Part shown: one piece after another, positions 15,620 to 20,000 of the stretch
How positions within the stretch are numbered: position 1 is the stretch's first letter
How the letters are laid out: each line of letters opens with the position of its first letter
DNA from: an uncultured virus (IMG/VR IMGVR_UViG_3300044949_002487)
Taxonomy: Duplodnaviria; Heunggongvirae; Uroviricota; Caudoviricetes
Strand: one strand, 5' to 3'
Virus record (IMG/VR): IMGVR_UViG_3300044949_002487
Length of the DNA: 20,000 nt
Position numbers and translations under genes: made by a program
Notes under the pieces: model-generated
Told to the model about the DNA's origin: nothing
What the model saw: only the letters and a program-made list of their open reading frames with translations
The model's database searches: none

Positions 15620-16118
15620 CGTAGAGGCCGACGGGCCGATTCCGCCGGAGTTTTCGATGATCTGCTTTGGCGCAGTCGTCGTGAACGAGAGCCTGGACAA
15701 GACGTTCTACGGCGAAACGGCGCCGATCTCGGAGCGCACGAACCTGGCCGCAGCGGCTATTAGCGGAATCTGCCGGGCGCAGCACGAGACGTTCGAGGAT
15801 CCGGCGACTGTTATGGCTCGGTTTGCCGAATGGATTCGCGCCAGCTCTAAGGGTCGCCCGATTTTCGTGTCGGACAATCCGGCCTTTGATTGGCAGTGGA
15901 TCAACTATTACTTCCACAAGTACCTGGGCGAGAACCCGTTCGGCTATTCGGCCCGGCGGATCGGCGACCTGTACTGCGGCTTAGTGAAAGACCCGTACGC
16001 GCGGTGGAAACATCTACGCAAGACTAAGCACGATCACAACCCGGTGCACGACGCTAGAGGCAACGCGGAAGCGCTGCTGGCGATGCGCGGCCTGGGCTTA
16101 CCACTGAGGCTTGAATGA
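15600..16118 (+). CDS. DEDDh 3'-5' exonuclease (Rv2179c/DUF5051-like)
   Basis: ExoI VVDVEADG, ExoII SDNPAFDW and ExoIII HNPVHDA. GGGAG precedes ATG 15600. Confidence 0.9.
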   Translation: MSWIVVDVEADGPIPPEFSMICFGAVVVNESLDKTFYGETAPISERTNLAAAAISGICRAQHETFEDPATVMARFAEWIRASSKGRPIFVSDNPAFDWQWINYYFHKYLGENPFGYSARRIGDLYCGLVKDPYARWKHLRKTKHDHNPVHDARGNAEALLAMRGLGLPLRLE

Positions 16119-16423
16119 GCTTGACACTGACCGTTCAAACACTGAAACACGTACCCTTGTTGGACGTGTGCGCCGGGTTGCCAGAAACGCTTTACGATTT
16201 TGTCGTAACACGCCTCGCGGACAGCGATTTGTCTTGGGGCAACAACGCCAACACGTTTGCGTATAAGGGTCACGTGCGCCACGTTATTGAAGCCGCGTGG
16301 GTGGACTGGCGGCAAGACGATGACGAGGACCCTGAGCTGCTCAGCGCCCACAACGCTTTTCGAGAAGCGCTGGCTGCCCTCGACGCGCTCCCCAACGACG
16401 TGTTCATTTCCCTGGGAGACTGA
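16115..16423 (+). CDS. Hypothetical protein
   Basis: ATGA coupling with a GAGG SD. Confidence 0.7.
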   Translation: MSLTLTVQTLKHVPLLDVCAGLPETLYDFVVTRLADSDLSWGNNANTFAYKGHVRHVIEAAWVDWRQDDDEDPELLSAHNAFREALAALDALPNDVFISLGD

Positions 16424-16424
16424 C

Positions 16425-16751
16425 ATGCAAACCGTCGAGCACGACGAGTATCAGGTCTCCGAGCGCGTCGTGCTCAGCAAGGGCGACGTGTTCCGGGCCA
16501 GCGGCGGGCCGTACTACGTCATGCGTGACGAGACCGGCAAAAAGGTAAAATCGTCTATGGCGGCCAAAGGACCGTTCCGGTTCCAGCGGTACTGCGCCCG
16601 CGGCCGCAAGAAATGGATCGAGGCGATCAGTATCAAGGAGGGCGGGTTTGTCGTGCTGCCGCTGACCAAGTGGCGCACGCTCGACCTGCCGAACTTCGTC
16701 AACAGGCCGTACAAGATTCTCGGTAAGAAACGCCCACCCAAGAAAAGGTGA
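16425..16751 (+). CDS. Hypothetical basic protein (108 aa)
   Basis: GGGAG SD and an ATG 1 nt after the upstream TGA, preferred over the track start at 16257. Confidence 0.75.
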   Translation: MQTVEHDEYQVSERVVLSKGDVFRASGGPYYVMRDETGKKVKSSMAAKGPFRFQRYCARGRKKWIEAISIKEGGFVVLPLTKWRTLDLPNFVNRPYKILGKKRPPKKR

Positions 16752-16754
16752 CGC

Positions 16755-16919
16755 ATGTCCCGCACACGCAAACGCCCTTACACGGGCTCGAAACGATTCG
16801 ACACAAGCTGCCGCTGCCACGGTAGCTGTGGCTATTGCCGCGACAATCGCCTGCACGGCGAGCAGCGGAGGCGCAGCGCAGCCCAAGAACAGCTGCGCGA
16901 ATACCGCCAAGCAGGCTGA
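16755..16919 (+). CDS. Small basic Cys/His peptide (54 aa), absent from the ORF track
   Basis: An AAGGTG SD precedes the ATG. It translates to MSRTRKRPYTGSKRFDTSCRCHGSCGYCRDNRLHGEQRRRSAAQEQLREYRQAG and fills the gap exactly. Confidence 0.8.
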   Translation: MSRTRKRPYTGSKRFDTSCRCHGSCGYCRDNRLHGEQRRRSAAQEQLREYRQAG

Positions 16920-16922
16920 AGT

Positions 16923-16969
16923 TAACGCTTGCCCGTGCGATAAAATAATTATCGTATGGAGACGCGTTA
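16923..16969 (+). promoter_or_regulatory. RNA hairpin sequestering the SD and the first base of the AUG of the GNAT gene, with TAAAAT at the apex
   Basis: CCGTGCGATAA (16933-16943) pairs with TTATCGTATGG (16949-16959): 11 bp with two G-U. TAACGC (16923-16928) pairs with GCGTTA (16964-16969). Confidence 0.65.
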
Positions 16970-17424
16970 TGAATTTCGAAATCCGAATCAAAGATATCAA
17001 TCAACTGGCGCTTACGGACGTGACGGCCATCATGAGCCGCTTGTCCTGGCCGGACTCTGGTAGCGACAGTTCGATTCAAAAAGAGCTGATTAAGCGCTAC
17101 GTCAAGCCGGAACCGGGCGATCACCCGCCCATGTGGCTGGCGATGGTCTGGCAGAACGGCATGTTCGTCAGCTGGGTCGGCACCCGGATGTGGCCCGAAA
17201 AATTCAAGGGCAACCCCGTGATGGCGCAGACAATCGAGTGCTTTACTGATTCGGAATGCCGCCGCCACGGGCTTGCCCGGCTAGGGCTCCAGGCGCTGAT
17301 CTCCGCGGGTTTGCTCGACCGAAACAAGATTGTCTCGGTCTACGCCGTAGAAGTCGTCAAGATGGCCCAGCAGTGCGGCTGCAAGACGGTCGTTCTCTGC
17401 CACACTGAGGAGGAGGAGACATGA
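16969..17424 (+). CDS. GNAT-family N-acetyltransferase
   Basis: GGAGA SD and an acetyl-CoA binding motif A, IECFTDSECRRHGLARLGL (R-x-x-G-x-A). Confidence 0.7.
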   Translation: MNFEIRIKDINQLALTDVTAIMSRLSWPDSGSDSSIQKELIKRYVKPEPGDHPPMWLAMVWQNGMFVSWVGTRMWPEKFKGNPVMAQTIECFTDSECRRHGLARLGLQALISAGLLDRNKIVSVYAVEVVKMAQQCGCKTVVLCHTEEEET

Positions 17425-17639
17425 AACGGTACCACGAAGAACAACACATCGTCGCGCGTCGGGAGCGGCAGTATGTCTCCGCTTACGAAGACTCCCCGCG
17501 CACCCCAGGCCGGTTTCGCAAGACGCACATCGGTTGCAACCGGGCGTCGTGCCAGCTGTGCCACCCTGAGAAGTTTCCCAAGAGAATTCCTACACGCCGG
17601 GAGCAGCAATCCCTGCGCGATCTTAACCAGGAGGACTGA
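17421..17639 (+). CDS. Small basic protein with an H-x2-C-x4-C-x2-C-H motif
   Basis: GGAGGAGG SD, ATGA coupling, and the segment HIGCNRASCQLCH. Confidence 0.75.
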   Translation: MKRYHEEQHIVARRERQYVSAYEDSPRTPGRFRKTHIGCNRASCQLCHPEKFPKRIPTRREQQSLRDLNQED

Positions 17640-18352
17640 TGGGCGCGTGCTTTTCAAACACCACGTTTGACGGCAACATCACCACTAAAGAATTGCGTCT
17701 GCAGTACGACGCTTATATCAACGATCTTTTGCACGAGCACGGCGCCGACGCTTACAACGGCACATTGACCACTACCAGCGGCCTGATCATCGAGGACAGA
17801 TTCTTCGACACGGAGAAGGCGGCCTACGATCACGTCATCAATAACACCCAAAAGTGGCAAGAAGCGCGGGCCGTAAAGTTCCGCGACGTCCGCACTGAAG
17901 ACGACAAGCAGCCGACCTACAACGGCAAGCCGCTGCGTTTTGGCGTCGGGCTGCTCGCGGGCAAGGTGACTTTGCGCAGCGTCACCACCGTGTTTGAAAA
18001 CGGTAACACGCGCGTGATCGCGGCGGACCAGCTTACCGAGGCGCACAAGGCTAAAGCGATCGCGCTGTACACGGAATATTCAAACAAATCGCAGTCGTAT
18101 GTCGGGCTGCGCCGACAGATCGACCTGTTCGTCACTGAAAAGCTTCAGGACGTCAAGGCTGAACTGCCGACCGCAGCCGACTACACCGAGCTAAAGCGCC
18201 TGCTGAAGCTGCGCAAGCGCGGCTACGATGCCCTGGAAAAAGCCTGCACAAAGATGCAGGAGTTTGACATCAAGCAGGCGGCCAAGATCTACAGCACCAA
18301 GCAGGTCGACTACGGAATCAAGTGGTTCGTAGGCGGCTGGGCTGCCGAGTGA
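17639..18352 (+). CDS. Hypothetical phage protein
   Basis: AGGAGG SD and TGATG coupling. N-terminal HEHGADAYNGTL and C-terminal WFVGGWAAE flank a coiled-coil-like region. Confidence 0.8.
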   Translation: MGACFSNTTFDGNITTKELRLQYDAYINDLLHEHGADAYNGTLTTTSGLIIEDRFFDTEKAAYDHVINNTQKWQEARAVKFRDVRTEDDKQPTYNGKPLRFGVGLLAGKVTLRSVTTVFENGNTRVIAADQLTEAHKAKAIALYTEYSNKSQSYVGLRRQIDLFVTEKLQDVKAELPTAADYTELKRLLKLRKRGYDALEKACTKMQEFDIKQAAKIYSTKQVDYGIKWFVGGWAAE

Positions 18353-18380
18353 CCCTAACCACACCAAGAAGGAGAACCTC

Positions 18381-18692
18381 ATGGACTACGTGAAGCAGAT
18401 TCAGGACTGCGGCCTCGCCCTGGCGGACGCCGTGAAGCGCGAGATGGACCTCGAGAACCGGCGCCACAGTGTCAAGCTGGGCGCGATCGACCGGATCATG
18501 AAGTCGGGCGACAACCCGCTCACCAATAAGCCGCACAGCTACAGCTCGGCCGAAGCACTGGTCACGACTGATCAGCAGTACGCCGATTACCTGGACGAGA
18601 TTTCCAACGCCGTGCGCGTGAAGATTATCGCCAAGGCCCAGTACGACGCGGCCCTCGCCGCCGCGCGGCTGACGGCCGAGGTGGCGGCATGA
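18381..18692 (+). CDS. Hypothetical helical protein
   Basis: AAGGAG SD and strong codon bias. Confidence 0.8.
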   Translation: MDYVKQIQDCGLALADAVKREMDLENRRHSVKLGAIDRIMKSGDNPLTNKPHSYSSAEALVTTDQQYADYLDEISNAVRVKIIAKAQYDAALAAARLTAEVAA

Positions 18693-18958
18693 AAAATAAG
18701 CCACAGTACAGCGCCGTCGGCGCCATTATCCCCGATGCGCTTTATCGTCTTGATGAAGCAAAGGCCCGCATGGGTTGGCGCGACGCCTCATTTCGAGAGG
18801 CCCGCCGCGCTGGTTTGAAGACTTATCGCGCCGGAAAGCGGCTGTATCTTTTGGGGTCTGACATCATCGATTTCGTGACCAGTCGAAAGGGAGAGAAAAT
18901 GCACGCAGAGACGCGGCATACCTACATCCCGCAACCCGAGAAAGAGCAAACCTCGTGA
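18689..18958 (+). CDS. Excisionase/AlpA-like helix-turn-helix DNA-binding protein
   Basis: LYRLDEAKARMGWRDASFREARRAGLKTYRAGKRLYLLGSDIIDFV fits the HTH_17/MerR-like winged HTH pattern. ATGA coupling. Confidence 0.65.
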   Translation: MKNKPQYSAVGAIIPDALYRLDEAKARMGWRDASFREARRAGLKTYRAGKRLYLLGSDIIDFVTSRKGEKMHAETRHTYIPQPEKEQTS

Positions 18959-19296
18959 CAGAAACCAAACCCGCAGTTGGGTTTGAGGCCGTCAGGGCCG
19001 CCGTCAAGCATTTCGAATCTATTCAAGTGATGTATCGCGAGTATGGCGCTCTCGACACGGAACCGGACGGCGTTTTCCAGAGAATTCTCTGGGACGTGAT
19101 CAACGACAAGGACACCAGCATCCCGATGTCTGGCGACGGCTGGGAGCTGTACGCCAGCAGCATGGACTGCACCAAGGCGGCCGACGCGCTGCACCTGGCC
19201 GCGGTGGGTGCCGTGCAGGCGATTTTTGCCTGTCGTATTTCCGATCGGCGCACGGTGCGCGAGTATCTCAAGGACTACTGCTGGAGGTGCAACTAG
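18955..19296 (+). CDS. Hypothetical protein
   Basis: GTGA coupling to the upstream stop. Confidence 0.7.
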   Translation: MTETKPAVGFEAVRAAVKHFESIQVMYREYGALDTEPDGVFQRILWDVINDKDTSIPMSGDGWELYASSMDCTKAADALHLAAVGAVQAIFACRISDRRTVREYLKDYCWRCN

Positions 19297-19298
19297 CC

Positions 19299-19679
19299 AT
19301 GGATGCCGCCATTGCCGAACGCTGGACTGCGGCTCTGCGCTCGGGGCAATACACGCAAGGCACACACCTGCTCAAACAAAAATACGAGTCTGGTCAGGAC
19401 GCGCACTGCTGCCTGGGCGTGCTCTGCGAGTTGTACCTGCAAGAAAAGAACCACGACAGCCAGCTCGAGTCCAAATTCATACCAGGGCACCCGTTCAAAG
19501 GCGACAGCAAAGGCGAGCTGTACATGTTCGGCACTGATCACGAGATCCCGCCGGTGACAATTCAGAAGTGGGCGGGTATCTCCAAGTCTGGTTGTGAAGA
19601 GCTGGCCGAACTTAACGACAGCGGCGAAAGCTTTGACGAGCTGGCCGCCCGAATTAGCGAATACGCCGAGCGCCTCTAA
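19299..19679 (+). CDS. Phage hypothetical protein (W..ALRSG.Y.QG...CCLGVLC...LND...F..LA..I type)
   Basis: A motif set I recall from phage hypothetical proteins. ATG lies 2 nt after the upstream stop; GTG 19287 is an alternative start. Confidence 0.75.
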   Translation: MDAAIAERWTAALRSGQYTQGTHLLKQKYESGQDAHCCLGVLCELYLQEKNHDSQLESKFIPGHPFKGDSKGELYMFGTDHEIPPVTIQKWAGISKSGCEELAELNDSGESFDELAARISEYAERL

Positions 19680-19749
19680 TGCCCAATGCCGGGGTTGACT
19701 GGCGCGCAATCAACAGGTGGCAGACTATGCCGGTCTGATAGATATCTAT

Positions 19750-19998
19750 TCAGTACCCGCTGAAGAACTTATCGCCCAGGTCGTCATCGGCCCAATCGCC
19801 TGCAGCTTCTTGGGCCGCCAGCTGCGCGCTGATGCGCCCGAGCCCGGCGATCTCGGCGAAGTTTGGAAGCGCCTGGTTAATGTGCCACAGCGCGTTCACG
19901 CCAAAGTTAACGCTCTGCGCAAAGTCGTCTGAGAGCAGCACGTTGCGCGTGATCGTGTAGATGTCGCCGGAGCTGCGGCTTTCAGCTTTGTTTTCAAC
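19750..19998 (-). CDS. C-terminal end of a minus-strand gene cut by the window edge; possibly a terminase large subunit nuclease end
   Basis: The frame is open from the right edge: VENKAESRSSGDIYTITRNVLLSDDFAQSVNFGVNALW...FFSGY*. A DD followed by a helix resembles the last acidic motif of TerL RNase H-like domains (weak). Confidence 0.5.
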   Translation of the reverse strand, partial: VENKAESRSSGDIYTITRNVLLSDDFAQSVNFGVNALWHINQALPNFAEIAGLGRISAQLAAQEAAGDWADDDLGDKFFSGY

Positions 19999-20000
19999 CA

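Noticed and set aside
16920..16972. Integron attC site (TAAC...GCGTTATG ends)
   Set aside because: At about 50 nt it is shorter than typical attC sites. The R'' box is imperfect, there are no clear L boxes with extrahelical bases, and there is no cassette array or integrase.
19717..19932. 71-aa plus-strand ORF
   Set aside because: It lies antisense to a more protein-like minus-strand frame that is open from the window edge.
1..20000. Stop-codon reassignment (as in some large phages), or tRNA/rRNA genes
   Set aside because: TAA, TAG and TGA all end genes immediately before or overlapping the next start, and coding density is high under the standard code. I saw no cloverleaf or rRNA-like sequence in the few intergenic spacers.

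Overview
This window looks like part of a large tailed-phage genome: densely packed, GC-rich, with frequent ATGA/TGATG overlaps and mostly hypothetical genes. A Planctomycetota-like host is a guess from gene style only. Bases 1-7577 form a coupled + strand block of probable virion-surface genes. It contains a fibre protein with 11 Cys-paired repeats and an uninterrupted 84-triplet Gly-Pro-X collagen, a 21-Cys protein, a fused GT9+GT2-like double glycosyltransferase, a stand-alone Big_1 Ig-like domain and two small paralogous Cys proteins. Bases 7578-14600 hold hypothetical genes, a csrA homolog and a DnaG-like Zn-finger protein with apparently degenerate catalytic motifs. Two minus-strand genes here each share a palindromic CATG start with the divergent + strand gene. 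Bases 14581-19679 are small accessory genes: a hyper-acidic protein, an MSMEG_6728-like glycosylase-family protein, a DEDDh exonuclease, a GNAT, small Cys/His peptides and an HTH protein. The 3' end of a possibly terminase-like minus-strand gene enters at the right edge. The least explained signals are long G-U-containing hairpins that fill whole intergenic spacers and bury the SD/AUG, CsrA-type GGA sites in a gene leader, the shared CATG starts, and a K-x-A-[A/S] motif saturating one protein. All family calls come from motif recognition by eye; no database searches were run.
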